A stretch of 64,000 bases of DNA from Chlorokybus atmophyticus (GCA_009103225.1 RHPI01002090.1:954414-1018413), one strand, 5' to 3'. Positions 23,537 through 37,805 are shown, counted from the first letter of the stretch. Numbers and translations are program-made. The notes: generated from the letters alone by a model not told the origin.

Positions 23537-26500
23537 TCATATGACAATTTCCCGCGGCTGCGGCTTGCGTATGTGTCGCATGGATGATCCAGCTTCTGTT
23601 GGTTTGAAAGGTGCAAGCACGCCGTACGGTTTGGGAATGCCCAGGTCCACCGACATGTACGCATTGGGCCTGGTCTCCGCGGCAGTCTTCCTTGCGGGGG
23701 CCATCCCGCTCTCTATCAGTGCCTTGCGCGACGCCACCACCGCCTGTGCTGCCGCCGCCATGGCCGCCGCCCTCTGCACACAGTTGCTTTGTAAGTCACA
23801 CGCACAACAACCCAGTACAAAATTGGTATGTCACGCATGCGCAGACTCGCTGCACGCAGGTGCAGTCACTCACCTGCATGCGATCCCACTCGCTGTCTGC
23901 ATCGTCGGTAGGGGCCTGGCCGTCGGCGAGGCGGACGCCGGCGTCCTCGACCTGCGCCTCAAGGGCGGCCTTGTCTTGCGCGAGCTTCATGGCCATGGCC
24001 TGGTACATGGAGAGCTCCGCAACCGTCGCCATCATGCGCTGCGTGACGGTGTAAATCTTGCTCTGGTAGCTCTTTACCGTCGCCGCCAGCTCCAGCGTAT
24101 CCTCCCGCCCTTCTGCCGCTTGCTCCTGCAGCCTCTCCGCCAACGCGGTGACCTCCTCCAGAATCAACTCCTTTTCCAACAGCTGCTCCTTCTGTAGGGG
24201 TACACACGAGTACAAACACCAACACGTGTTAGCACACACTCTATGGATATGGATCGCTTGTACTGTGTCTGCATGGCACCTTGTCATTCAGTCTCTCTTC
24301 CAAGGAATTGATTTTGGCAAGCAGTTCATCGCGTTCCGGTATCTTGCCCTCCAGATTGCGCCACTTGGGCCGCGTGGCAGGGTCCTCCAGCGTGTTCGAC
24401 ACGTCCTCAACCTGTGATAAACAAGCAGTTGCAACGCTCAACCAGGGGCAGTTGTTGCTGTTGCTGCTCATCAATAGCAACACAGCCATCACAACACAAA
24501 CAAATACTTACGCGACTCGCGGTTGCTTCAAGCTCCGAGCGCAAATTGCCTATTGACTTTTGGCATTCGGGGATGATCGGCTGCTGGGCTTGCGCGTTGA
24601 TGATGGAGCGCTTGAGATGCTCTATCTGTATGCGGAGGAGGCGGGACTGGTCGTCAATGTGCGCGAGGGCGACGGTGCCATTGTGGAGGGCGTCATCGTT
24701 GGCGTGGGCGCGCTGGTAGAGTATGCAGAGCTCATCGTGACGGTCGATGAGGGTGAGGCCCGTGAGGTTCCTACGCTCGGCAGCGCCCTCGTACTCCTTC
24801 CTGAGGGCGACCATGCTGCGCTCGGCGACGTCCACGCCGCCGTTGAGCTTGTCGATCTCTGCAAGCTGCTCCTCGACGGCGGTGCGGCGATCACGAATGA
24901 CAATGGCGCTGGCGTTGACCTCGAGGCGAAGGTGGTCCCTGTCGGCAACGAGGCCGCCGGCTTCCAGACGCACCTTGGCGAGCTGCTTCTCTTTGGCGGC
25001 GAGCTCCTCGCGCAGGATGTCGGCCTCGCTGGACACGGCCTTGAGCTTCTCCTTCATCTCCGACAGCGTCTGACTGCTCTGCTGGATGAGGTTAACGAAG
25101 TTGGAGCGCTGGTTCTTGACGAGGTTGTAGAGCGCGTGCGTGGCCGCCAGCCGCGAGGCCGTCTCCCGCTTCTTCTTCTTCAGGTCCAGGATCACCAGGT
25201 CCTTCACCCGCACGGCCTCCAGCGCCTCCCTCTGCTGCGCCGCCTTGTGTCCGGCCTCCCTCGCAGCCCGCAGCCTCGCCGAGTCCAGCTCGCTCACCCG
25301 TCTCCTCGCCGCCGCCTCCGCCCTCGCAAGGCTCACCACCTCCCTCTCCAGGTCCGCCACCGCCGTCGCCGACTTCCTCACCGCCTCGGCAGCCTCCTTC
25401 CCGAGGCCCTCCTCGCGCGCGAGGACCTGCCTCTGGGCGCCGGCCTCCACCCTGGCCTCCTCCAGGGAGGCCGCCTGGCGAGCGCGCTCGGCCTCGAGGG
25501 ATGCCAGCTGGGCAGACGCCTGCTCCTTCACGCTCGCAAGCATTGGCACGCTGCTTTGAAGCGCCTTGAACGCCGCGTCGGCACGCTTCAGCCGCTTCAG
25601 CGCCAGGTCCTTGTCCTTGATACGCCTCGCAAGCTCCTCCTTTGCCGCCCTCACCTCCACCGTCACCGACGACACCTGCGCCACCATGTGCACGCATGCT
25701 AGTGTTACCCGAGCGCACAGCGAGATGGTCTGGTTCCATACCCACGCAGTGCCACTCACCTGCATGTCTACGCTGACGCGGTCGGCCATGAGCTGATCGG
25801 CCTCGAGGCCAGCGGCGTCCAGGTCGCGGCGCACCTCATCTGCCGCGCGCTCTTTTGCCTCCGCCGCCGCACGCGACCGCTCCATCAGCGCTGCCAACTG
25901 ATACAACAATATAACATTTAGTGGCTGGACCGATCTCGTGTAGCAGCTGTACACGACAACTGCTCCCTCACCTTGCTGTGCTCATCGTTGATCTCTTTGA
26001 AGCGTGTGCCCTGTGCGCCGCCGTCAGCCTCCAGGTCCCGCAAACGCTCTAGCGCGCGAGCCTCTTGCAGCCGCAGCGTCCTCAGCCCCGTCGCCAGCAC
26101 CTCCACTTGCTTCGCCACCTGAACCAACAACCACAGTCAACAATAACGCCATGACCATTGATGATAATGATGGTGATGATGGTGGTGTACCTTGTCGGGG
26201 CCTTGGGCGAGGCGGGTAAGGGCGCTCTCGGCGGCGAGCTTCTCGGAGATGAGGTTCTCGGTCTCGCGCTTGACCTCAGCGGCGCGCTCCTCGAGGGCTT
26301 CGAGCTCCTTGCGCAGGGCGGAGGCGCGGGTGGCGTCCTCGGCCGCAGTCGCCCCCGCGTCCGACGCCTCCTTCCTCGCCGCCCTCACCTGCGGCACCAG
26401 CAACGCCGCCGACTCCCTCTCAGCCGCGTCCACCAGATCCATCGCCTACACACAGCACTCATTGGTGTGCACGCGCGCATGTGCACGTGTATGTATGTGC

Positions 26501-27478
26501 ATGTGTTTTCGAACTGGGAGTGATAGACTCTGCAGAGTGATTGGACCTCCCGGCATGCACTGACTATCCAGAGTGCGCACCTCTCCCTTATTGCGCTTAA
26601 GCTCTTCAATCTCGAGCTCAAGGAGCTGCTCTCGTTGCCTTGCCATTGCAGCCTGAGTGCCCAACCCAGCATTTTGCTGAATATATTGGAACAACGCCTT
26701 ACCAAGCATGCACATGACATCCGAGAGAACATGCGCGTACTTGAGACTGAGCATAATCAGCGTCGTCGCGGAGGCCTTCAACTAGAGTGGCATAGTCCGG
26801 GGAGGTCGCTGCGAGACGGGCGCGGGTCTCCGCCACCCGTACCGCTTGGGCCTTTGCCTACACACATGCAGGCAACAATCCTCACACATGAGCATTGTTG
26901 CTTGTCAAGGCTGTGCTAAATGATTGGCTTGTGATGCAGTCAGGACTGGGACGTACATGGTTCTGAAGCCGCTTGTCCGTCGAGACAGCATCCTCCAGCG
27001 CAGAGTAGAGCGCGATGAACTTCTCTCTATATTATTGAACGGTTAGCTATCAACATCAGCATGGGAGAGCCAGGCCATGCCAAGAGCACAATGGTGTTAC
27101 ATCTGCCTCGTATTGATATATAAGATGTATATTATATGCCACATATGAGACTGACCTCCATCTCACAGTACCCTCTGCGCTGCCTCCGCCGCTTTCGGAG
27201 GTCTCTTCCAGTGCCTCCAGGGCGGCAGCTCTGGACACGGAGCGCAGGCCCTCCTCCGCCCATCCGTGGCCAGCGCCGCCCCCGCTGCCGGGGCTCAGGC
27301 CCAGGCCACCCAGCACGTGGCTGCTGCTGGAGTCGGGGCTGTACGCGTGGCTGGGGCTGCCGTGGCTTTCAGGGCTGCCCTTGGGCGATGCTGACGACGG
27401 CGATGGGATGGGGGAGGACGTGGAGGGGGCGGTGGTGGTGGTGGTGATGTTGGCGGGTGGAGGCTTTGTTATTGCCAT
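23537..27478 (-). CDS. CCDC146: Coiled-coil domain-containing protein 146 (MBO2-like axonemal protein); start codon uncertain
   Basis: Long coiled-coil exons with [39 protein letters not shown], and C-terminal [41 protein letters not shown], motifs I recognise from CCDC146/MBO2. Confidence 0.88.
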
Positions 27479-27914
27479 AGCGACAGAGAGTGCAGCAGCT
27501 CCCCGTCGCTCTACGCCTACTCCTGCTCCTCCTTGACGATCTGCTGCTCCGCCGCCGCCTGCGGTTCGGTGCCCCGCCGGCGGCGGCGGCTAGCGAGCGT
27601 GTATGTGCCACGTGGCACGATCATCACTCAGCGACGATTGCGCGGTAATTTTGGGTCTAGCCTAGAGTGACTCGCGAGTCACGTGATAGGTTAAGAACCC
27701 CCCCGCGCACGACGTTTAGAAACACTGCAAACCATGAAGCTAGCTCTCATATCGGGAGAGTCTGCTGCGCGCGTTCTGATATCCATGCCTTTTCGCAGTT
27801 GGAGGCGAGCCGTGTCCAGCGTGAGCCAACCGTGAACGACGGCGTGTGACAGTGGCTCCACACCAGGTCGGATTAGGCGCACCTGCGCCGGCGGCGGCGG
27901 CGAAGGTGCCCTAG

Positions 27915-30900
27915 GTGGTGGAGGCAGAGGACGCAAGGGCAGAAGCGGTTTGGGAGGCGTTGGGCATACAGTGGGAAACGTTGGACGCACAGGAGGAGAT
28001 GGGGTTGGACCCCATGTTGAGCCCTTCCAGAGGAGGTCACACCAACGCTGGGGAGAAGGTCACATCGGCTATGCTTAGAGAGGCGGCTGCTCAGGTCCGT
28101 TTCCTGCACTCAAAAGGAATAGTGGGGTTGTAACTCACAATTCAGTTAGGCACAAACAGTAGTTTCTGTGAGTAGCAGTTGCTGTAGAGACTAACAAGGT
28201 TTGAGGAACGTTTAGACACTAATGATGGGAACTGAACAGCATTGCGCGTTGCACATTGATACCTTTGATGATGACTAAACTGTACAGTGTATGGTTCGAG
28301 CGGTGGAACAACTCGGCCGTATAGGTGTGCCGCACGCCTATACAAACACATAATGCCACCATGACTGCGTTGTCACAGCATGATGACTGTGTCCAGGGAA
28401 GCTTATCTTCACATATAGTGCAAACCTGTACTTGTTGTTGATTGCATACTCGTCCAGGCCGAGTTGTTGCGCAAAGAGCTATCGGCAGTGAAGCAGCAGC
28501 GCATGAGTTTGACGCTGCCGGCCCAGCTGCAAGTCCCGGCCAAGTCCCAAACCCAAAACCACACCCAAACGCATCATCCCCGTCCCATCAACCCAAAGTC
28601 CCCGCCGCGTGCGGAGTGGCGTGGCGTGCTGAACACCCTCCACGACAACGACAAGACGCATGACGCTCGCAACAGTACCCATCACCACAGCGGCGCCCAC
28701 AGCCCTCGACATGATGGCAACGGCGGCGCCGGCGGCCCAAAACTATGGGACGGCCACGGCCTGGCGCCCGCAAACGCCCGACGCGACAAGCTCACCTCCA
28801 AAGAAGCCATGATTGAGTACCTGCGCCAGGTGAGATGAGTTAATGGCAGTGTAAGTGTGATGTTGGTAGTGCTGGCGGAAATGACGGTGAGGATGAGGAT
28901 GTTGAGTGTGGCGTGCGGCGCAGGTGAATGCGGTGATGGACCACATAGCGTTAGCTGCGGGTCACAAGAGCAATGCGAGCCAGCATGACTCTGCTGCTGC
29001 CCGCGATCATGCGCATGAAAGCGAGGAGGACCTCGATGAAGCGGCATACCGGCCAACATCAACATCATCATCCTCGCCTTTGAGGCGCCGACGCAGCAAG
29101 AGCGCGCGAAGCAGGAGCGGCAGCGGCAGCGGCAGCCATCACAGGCACCGCCGCGCGATTTACACCCACAACAATCACCAAAGACGCAGCAGCGTGCAGG
29201 ACAACCGCGGCAGCAACACGTACGCGGAGGGGTTCGCGTACGACGAGGAGCTCATCGAGGACGACCACATGACCACCCACGAGCGGAGGCCACTAGCGCG
29301 GCTCAAGCCTAGGAGGACGTCCGCCGCATCGGATGTCAGTGCTGGCACCGATGCGGGCATCATGACGGGATACCGCCTGACTCCGATGGGATATGGTTAC
29401 CTTCCTGCGGGAGGAGGAGGAGGAGGAAACGACGACGAACGCAATGACTACGCTGCCGACGAGTACGTCAACGAGTCGCACCACGGAGCGCGCGGGAGCA
29501 ACCGCGTGTACGCCATGCCTGCTGCTCAGATCAGGATGGTATACCCTCCTGAACAGCAGCAGCAGCCGCTGCAGCAGCAGCCTACAGTGCTATCACCGCC
29601 AGCTGGTGTAACATCGCCGCCTTCGAGTCAGGAGCAAGCGCATTGGCCGTCCGTGCGTGTAGCAGTAAAACTGACGTCCCTCATGAAGGGCAAGATGGCC
29701 GCTGGCAGGTCTCGCCCAACGAGCCCTGCGGCATCCAGCGTCGGGTCTCTGATAGACGCGGACTTACCCGACAACACGCCGATGTTGCCGTCTTCTGCTC
29801 CGCCCGAAACTAGTGTCTCATTCTCCAATGGCATGGGAACAACAACAACGACGCTCGCAAAGACGGCGTCGGTCAGGCTGCGCACACTCATGTACAGCAA
29901 CTCTGCCAAACTGGAACGAATGCGGTCGTTCTCAGCGCCCAAACCCAACGCCCATCTCGTCCTGCAGAAGTCCCGCAGCATCGCGCCCACAGCTACATCA
30001 ACGTCCACAACAACGCTGTCTCCTCCGCCGCCGCCAGCAGAGCCGTTGCGCGCATTCCAACGCTCCACCTCAGCGTCGCGCTCTCGCTCTCGCTTGCAAC
30101 CGCCCAACGCAGTGCTTGCGCACAGCAATAGCGCGAAGGCGAGCACACGTGCGGTGAGGACTTCCAGCTTCAACATCAGCGAGGCCCTCAAGCGTGGCAG
30201 CAGCAACGTTGGCATGAGCCCGCACGTGGCGAACCTCATCGCTTCTGAGCTCAGCCCTCGGCGACGAAGCCGCCTCAGCAATATGGACATCGCACCTGCC
30301 GAGGGGGATATCCGCACCGCACGCGACGCAAACAGCAACAGGGCTGAGCACAATGAACATGAGAGTGGAGCGGGTGCAGCGCCCGCAAACGCGCTTACGC
30401 CAAGCTCGCCGGCCGCATGCATGCTTACGCCGCCACTTTCCGACAGCGAAGAGGGCGAGGAGATGCACGGGGAGGATGACTGCGTGACAGACGCACACGT
30501 GCACAACAGCGCTCACGCCTCGCCAAGGAACTCCATGAAGTCTCTGAAGTCTCCTCAGCGCATGCGCGATGTTGATGTTGATATTGAAGAATCTGGCATT
30601 GAAGGTGTTGACGACCACAGCACTAGGAAGGCTCAAGAAGAGCGAGCGCAGCTGGAAGAACTGTTGAGATTGGCTGAGGAGGCGGGCACTGCCGGCCACC
30701 ATGCGTACCGCTCAGAAAGTGCGGGATCAAGCTCGTCGCACCTGGACGGAGGTAGTGCTAATCCTGGTGGTGCCGGAGCCAGCCAACGGCATGAACAACA
30801 GCATCCAAAGCAGCAACAGCGACAGGGGGAGGGAGCAAATCAGGTGGAGGAGCAGTTCAGGTGAGAAGGCGTTCCACGTAAGAGCGCACACAACATGCAA

Positions 30901-31453
30901 TGAAGCACTCAAATCCACATAACATGACAGGGAGGCAGAGGCTGCCTTGGCATTGCTGGCAAGCGGGTATGAGATACGCAAGCTGGGGCGTTCTGGTAAG
31001 GGCAGGGGTCACATCCGGAGGCTCTTTATGGAAGTCGACATTAATGCACAGGTGTGAGCGCTGAGCACTCGTCACATGCTGTCCATGCTGTCCAAGCCAA
31101 GTGTCACCGCATGCATTGTCTCACAGGTATGCCCTGTGTTCAGGTCAGCTTAGTGTGGAAAGGTGGCTTCATGGAGCGCACTCCAAAGCGCGGTACGTCA
31201 CACTACAACATCCAACTAACACATCAACGCGGCTGCCTTTCACGCACACTTACCTGATCCTGTATTTGCAGTGAAGCTGCTGGGGACGGAGCGGGTGGCA
31301 GGCATGCCGCTGGTCGTGCGGGTGTTAACACCGCAGAAGGATATCCTGCTGCAGGCGGAGGACGAGTCGGCTTGCCGCCTCTGGACGTACGGCGTGGGTC
31401 AGATCCTCACCCACGCCGAGCTCCTCACCGATGATGCCCTGCCTGACGAGTGA
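27915..31453 (+). CDS. Hypothetical multi-exon protein: long Ser/Arg/Pro-rich disordered region and C-terminal PH-like domain; 5' end uncertain
   Basis: Exons ~27915-28094, 28470-28829, 28924-30861 (652-aa ORF), 30931-30994 (LLASGYEIRKLGRS), 31144-31190 (VSLVWK), 31272-31453 (VRVLTPQKDILLQAEDESACRLWTYGVGQIL); GT-AG boundaries. PH call is inference. Confidence 0.7.
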
Positions 31454-31880
31454 TTGTGCTGGCCTTGGGTTGGCCGCAAAGTCAGTGCGCAACTGCAGCC
31501 GAATGCAGCTTCACATCCCAGAGCATACTAGAAGTGTGAAACAGCCACCCCCATATCCTTATGTTTGTATAGGCCCTACGTCACGTGTTCATATGAGGAT
31601 ACCTGAGATTTCTGCTCGATGCAGAAAAAAACCCTACACATGACCTGATAGTACTTGGAGTGATGCAACGAGTGTTGGTACAAGTGCAGTTCAATTATAC
31701 ACTGTGCCCCGCGGTCGATGCTTTGTCATGCACATGTTGGGCACAGTGAGTACAAGAAGGCGTTTTACAGGCGTTTTACATGAGCGAAATGTATTCACAT
31801 AACGAGTGCTCGTCAAAGCTGCTACAACACAACTTTACCATCCACCAGAGAACTTGGGCGCTGTGCCTCTCCTCCCCACA

Positions 31881-33356
31881 TCACTCATTGGGATTCAGCA
31901 ACAGCTTGCCGGTGGTGCCCTGCCCCTGGATGCGGTCATGCGCCGCCTTGGCATCAGCCAATGGCAACACGTCGTTGATGTTGATCTTCAGCTGCCCAGC
32001 TTGAATCCACTTGAACACTTCACCCGCTCGCTGGTCGAGTTCACCGGGCTGGCGGATGTAATCAAACAAGGACGGCCGCGTGACAATGTACGACCCCTTC
32101 GACAGTAGATTCAGGTCAAGCGGGTCGGGCGCACCGGAGGCAGCCCCAAACAGCACAACGGTTCCTCTAGGTGCCAGCACATTAAAGTTCTTCACGAATG
32201 TGGACTTGCCGACCCCGTCATAGACCGCTTGCACGCCCTTGCCTTGAGTCAACCGCTTCGTCTCCTCAACAAAATCAACAGCACTGTACAGAACAACCTG
32301 TACAGTACAAAGTTTAACAACCATGAGCATATTGAGAACAAGCATTGCCCATTCAAAACGTTTCAACCTCGTCTGCGCCGGCCTCCTTAGCAATGGCGGC
32401 CTTTTCTTCTGTGGATGTGGTGCCAATAACCAGGCTTGCACCACACAGCTTTGCTATACGGCAGATGAGCTGACCCGTGCCACCCGCTGCGGCGTGCACA
32501 AGCACGGAATCACCAGACTTGACCTTATATGCTCCCTAAACGGTAATAATAGTGAGACAGTCAAACGACGGCACATGTGGGTTATACTACTATGTTACCT
32601 TGACCAGGTAATGCCCTGTCATGCCTTGAATCATGGCGGTCGCCGCCGCATCCAGGCTAATGCCATCAGGTACAACAACAAGGCCATCAGCATTAACCAC
32701 AGCTTTTTGCGCGTATGATCCTGACACGGCGCTCGGGAAGGCCACCTTGTCGCCAACCTGCAGACAGTGCGTGTCAGAGTATGCCCCATGCAAGTGTTGT
32801 GACAAATAACCAGAGCGTCTGCAAGTCAAGGAGCCATGCCTCCACTTTGGTGACGCCCTCGCCAACAGCTTCCACTGTGCCGGAGCCTTCAAGACCTGCC
32901 GTGAAAGGAACCGGCTTCGGGTACCTGGAAGGAGAGAAACAAGTGTGAGGTTAGCTCATGCAAACGTGAAACACTAGCAAGCTACCGACAGTATACTACA
33001 AATCGACTCTTTGTAATCAGCAGTGCATGTTCCCATGCAATCAGCAACTTGTTGTTCACGTTCATGCCGCTATGCCACTACCTGTCCGCACCTGCCTTCA
33101 CGGAAATAGATGTCGATGAAGTTCACGCCAGCGTACGCCAAAGCGACGAGAACTTGCCCGGGTCCTGGTGAAGGCACTGGCACCTCCTCCAGCACAAGCT
33201 TGTCGGAGCCGCCCGGCTCATTGACTCGGATCGCCTGTGAAGCAATGGATCAATGCATGAGCGGATGGATGGACGACTGCAGTTACGGGCGGTTGCAATC
33301 GCTTCCTTGTTGTTGTGTGTGGCTGCAACACGAGATTTGACTTGACTGCGTCGCAT
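31881..33356 (-). CDS. NADPH:quinone oxidoreductase (zeta-crystallin/Qor-type MDR); start uncertain
   Basis: AIRVNEPGGSDKLVLEEVPVPSPGPGQVLV..AGVNFIDIYFREG; GLEGSGTVEAVG; AATAMIQGMTGHYL; VYDGVGKSTF; TRPSLFDY; TTGKLLL*. Confidence 0.92.
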
Positions 33357-34149
33357 GACACGGAAGAACGGGTTCGCTTGCCTTGACTCAAACAAGTGCT
33401 ACGAGACACGGTACATGGAGCTGCTCAACAAGCCAGAAATACTAAACAAACAAGGCACCCCAAGGAGTAGGCTTGCTGTGCATGCGCACCCTTATGAGGC
33501 CAGGCCGTGATGTGTAGTTTTTAAACAAAGTCGCCGTAGCATCAACAGGCATGAGGAGTATCCAAGATAGCAAGCAACCGCACACAACACCAAACTGCAT
33601 GACATTACACAGCAGTCCGAAGGCAATCTCTCAGACAGCATCATGCACTAAATCCTTTTACTTTCATGGTGACCATGCTGGGCAGCTAGCGGACGACAAC
33701 CGAGCTTCCCCCCGACAGCCCAGCCTGGAAAGCCCGCCAACCAGACCGCCACCGCCGCCCAGCAGCGACTAACCCAAAAACTGCTGCCGCTTAGCTCTTC
33801 TGCGCTTGTTTTGTCCTGAAACCTTCGTTCATCACATGTGTGAAGTTTTTCCTATCAATGCAGTGGGCAAAACGTCTCGGCTTTGAAAGGACAAAGCATT
33901 GTTTTTACGAATAGATATTGTCTCGAGATACCCGATATCGCACGATGGAAGCCTGACATCCGCTATCACGTGTTGTGCGCTATTTGCCCGCAAGCAGCCC
34001 GCAGCTCTGCCTCGTCGTCGGCGGCGGTGGCAGCAGTGGTGGTGGCTGCGGCCGAGGTGGAGAGGAAGGCGGAGTCTAAGGGACGTATGTGAAGTAAGAT
34101 CAGCAGCTTGCAAGCGCTGAAGGGCTGGATCGCACGTTAGGCGGTTACA

Positions 34150-37100
34150 GATGGAGTAGAGCAGCTGGGGGGATCGCAGCAGGCGCCATTGCTGCCGTTG
34201 GAGCAGTGCTGATGATCCGCTTGGAGGTCAGTGTGCTCGTCATTGCTCAGATTGTGCTCAGGGCTTGTGTTTCCCAAGCCAGGCTTAGGGCTAGTTTCTG
34301 CCGTGGTCGTGGATGTGCAGTGAGCTGTCAGCCGTGGTAGTTGAGGCTTTCCGGCTGATTACCTGCTCAACTGCACAGTGCAGCTCATTGTGTCTGATCT
34401 GCTGCGCATTGGTACACACGGAGTGGTCCCTAGGGTAATACTTCTCGTGATACACTCGATCTCAACACTGCTGAGGCTAAGACCGTAGAACAAGCAGTGC
34501 ACAAGCTGTGATGACTGTGCTTGTGGACAAGTGTAGGTGAGCAGTGCGGACGTGCTGAGATCACTCAACCTGATCTGAGAAACATTGATTTGAGTGCGGG
34601 TCATTGAAGTCTTACATAACGGTTGAACTGACACAGACATAAGGTGCTGTATGTTGCTGCCAACGTTAAGGGCAACAACAGCTGTTGGCAAGCCTAAACA
34701 AGGCATAATGCACAGTGTGGTCGGTGGACACACACCCCTTTGATCTGCTTGCAATGATTGTAATCAATTAAGTAGTTAGGCAAAAGTTCTTTGGTTCAGT
34801 TGTTCTGTGCTTTGCATGCTACATGTCAGCAGCACTGTTTTGTTACATTCGGGGGTTGAAGGGCAAGCACGTCAATCGTTGGGTTTCAACGATATCATGT
34901 TTTCAAGCTTGACGACACAGTTTGCAGCACGCGAAAGCATAAACAGAGCCCACACAGCAGCTTCGCTGAGCTTTGGTTGTAGAGCGCAATGCCAGCAATG
35001 GATAGAGACTCACAAAATCTGAAAACAACGTCGTTGATGGGACTGCTTTGCTGAGTGGCACAATATGTCGATGCACGCAGAGCACTGAAGCTCAAGCAAG
35101 GCTGGCTGCACATGGGCGTACGGATCATGGGTGCGTGTTATGAGCGCTGTGATGGAGGTAATCGCTACGCCTGAGGGTCCTCGCGCTAGGTGGAGGCAAG
35201 AAGCCGTGTTGGAAGTTGACAAGTTGGATGCGCATACCGCTCAACCACACATTGGACACAGCCCAGGTATGGCTGCTGAAAGCAACCCGCTCGACGCACG
35301 TCGTTTGCGTATTGCATAGTCGTCTCATAACACTGAGGTTGTGGTTTCATGTCTGTGTGCGCATTCACTGCCAGCAGCAAAGGGATATGCTAGGCGAGTA
35401 GTGGCTGCCCCGGTCTCACCACGCGAGTCCTTGGAAAGCTCGCAGCGGACCGTTGACAGCCGTCGGCATGCAGCTTCCTTCTCGGCACTACCGGACAGTC
35501 TCAGAGTGAGTGTCTGCCGCACTCAACACAAGCTTAACCTAGCCAACAGAGCCGTTACGCTCACGTTAATGTGGGTGCGGCCTGCACTCTACTTATGACA
35601 CGTGCTGACTGCAGCAGGAGTCTAAGTTGCCACAGAGCCCCAGACGATTGAAAGCATTGCTATGTAAGGCAGTTTGGCATGTTTCACATATATGCAGTGC
35701 AGCCTCAGTGTGCAATTTGTTGCTTAGCTGCAGTGCACTGCCATTGCTTGCTTGAACCCAACCAAGCTGCTGTGTCTAGCAGACCGCCTGCATTCTGTTG
35801 ACGACACATCCGCGCAGCCGCCATCTCCCAGCCCTCGAGGCTTCAACTTATCCCAAGACAGGTATATATCAGCCAAAACGCCCGTACTGCCACCTGCGGG
35901 GTGCGCTCTCGACTGGCCTGCCTTGACTGGGTATTTCTTATGTTGGGATGTGGCTGCCTTGGCCCGGTGGCAGCAGCTACACAATACATGGCCCACAATT
36001 GCACCTTTTAGCAGGTCAGGGGATGCTGTGAGTTCTCACGATGACAGCCAGGATGCTGCAGATCAGCAGATCGACACCTCTCACGAGAACAGGGACCAAG
36101 TAAGCAACATTGCAATGTGTCTATTAACAAGATTCTTATTTCATATGTCAATGCCTATGCTTGGACGATGACATAACCAAAACTTGTAAAAGCAACATTG
36201 GTTGCGTGCGCTGTGTTGAAGGACGATGCAGAGTATGAGGATGTTGCAAGTGCTGCAGACATTCGCGTGGAAGTTGCCGGGAAGGATGCTTCACCCATGG
36301 CATCGCCTGCAAGTGTTGATGCGCCGGCTGAGTCCTGGCGGCACCTGCTTGGGGACTGGTTCTCACGTGCAGGGATTGAAAAGTTGGCCGACCAACCTGT
36401 AAAGCACAGTTCCCATGGTACCAGAACCATGCCTGCTGGCTCTGAAGTAATGCAATCTGAAGAACACTCAGATGGCGGGCATCTCAGCCGCTGCGACAGC
36501 GGCAAGTCTGCGAGCACGAGCCAGTCCGTGGAAATGGACATCCACTCTGCACATGCGCATGCCTTGCAACGGTTGGATGGCATCAGACACACTGATGGCG
36601 AACTGTATCAGCAGCAGGGTGCGTGCTTTAAACTTGGCAGAACTCGTCAGTCCTTTCACAATCAGCTGATCCCTTCTGATGTCCACATGTTGCACAGATC
36701 ACTGGGTGCACTCCCCGTCATCGCCAACATACCTCTCCATGCAAGCTGCGCTGCATCGAGCCAGAGAGCGAGCAAACTCCCCACCACCACCGTCTCCATG
36801 GGGAAGGTCCCCCTTGCACACGCGCACGCAGAGTGTTCCCTCCGACTTGAATGCTTCAGGCGACTTGCAGCGGCAGAACGCCGAGTTAAACGGCATGGTC
36901 ACCACCCTTGACGACTTGGTGCAGAAGTTGTGGTTGCGAGTGCTTTCTCTGGAGGTGCGTTGTGTGGTGTACAAGCTTGTTGGTGCCTCGCGTGGTGAGT
37001 CAACAAACACCAATGCATCCTCATGCTGCAGGATCAAGTGCGCGACCTCGGGGCTGAGCCCGTGCTGACAGAGCAAGCTGCGTTGACTCACATATGCGGT

Positions 37101-37805
37101 GTTCCAGTGGTAAGCAACGTGAACCACCTACCTTGCGATTGCACATAATCCCGTATCACGCTGAGATTTTAACCTTGTGATTTCTTCCAGGATGAGCTCA
37201 CGGGTCTGCCGGATTACCACGGCGTGTTTGCTGTTAAGCACGTCGATCAGCATAAAAAACACCGGACAAAGTCATTCAAGCGCTGGAACAAGCTAAAAAG
37301 CGCGACGTGGCTACGCACTTCCCACAGGGCCTCGGATGTGGAGCGAGCAATTGCACAGCACAGTCCCAGTGTGACGTCGCACGGCAGCAGCACAGCTGCA
37401 TTCACACCCGTTGACTCCCCCACCGCGCATCAAGTATCATCGCAGGACAGAACTCCGGCAGAATCCCCCGAAACCTCTGTCGAGTTAACAGCGTTCAAGC
37501 CGGAGGGCGCGGAACTCCTGGAGCACTCGGTGCGACACATTGCGCGAGCTCGCTCTAGGGGCAAGCATGCAATATTCAAGAGCATCACACCGCAGCAAGA
37601 GCAGAGCAGTGTTGATGATGATGCTCCGTCTGATGCGGAGGAGGTGTCGGCACTGAAACAGCGCATGTGGCAGCGCATGCGCCAGGCAAAGGACGCGCCC
37701 GCTCCACCTTCGCTCATGCAGCAGCTGCGCAGGGCGCTGAGCGGCTTGCACAGCAAACACAAGGAGTGTGCCACAAACCCCACACCAGCAAGTGAACGGC
37801 TGTAA
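34150..37805 (+). CDS. Hypothetical multi-exon protein with a short coiled coil; 5' structure uncertain
   Basis: Exon-like segments bounded by AG/GT at ~34430-34505, 35131-35270, 35390-35510, 35780-35860, 36015-36100, 36198-36620, 36858-36955, 37031-37110 and 37190-37805 (stop TAA); no family recognised. Confidence 0.55.

Noticed and set aside
24560-25702. 380-aa plus-strand ORF (and other long antisense ORFs at 23262-26523)
   Set aside because: Antisense shadow of GC-rich CCDC146 coiled-coil exons.
29628-30702. Minus-strand ORFs of 292 and 210 aa
   Set aside because: Shadows of the large plus-strand exon 28924-30861.
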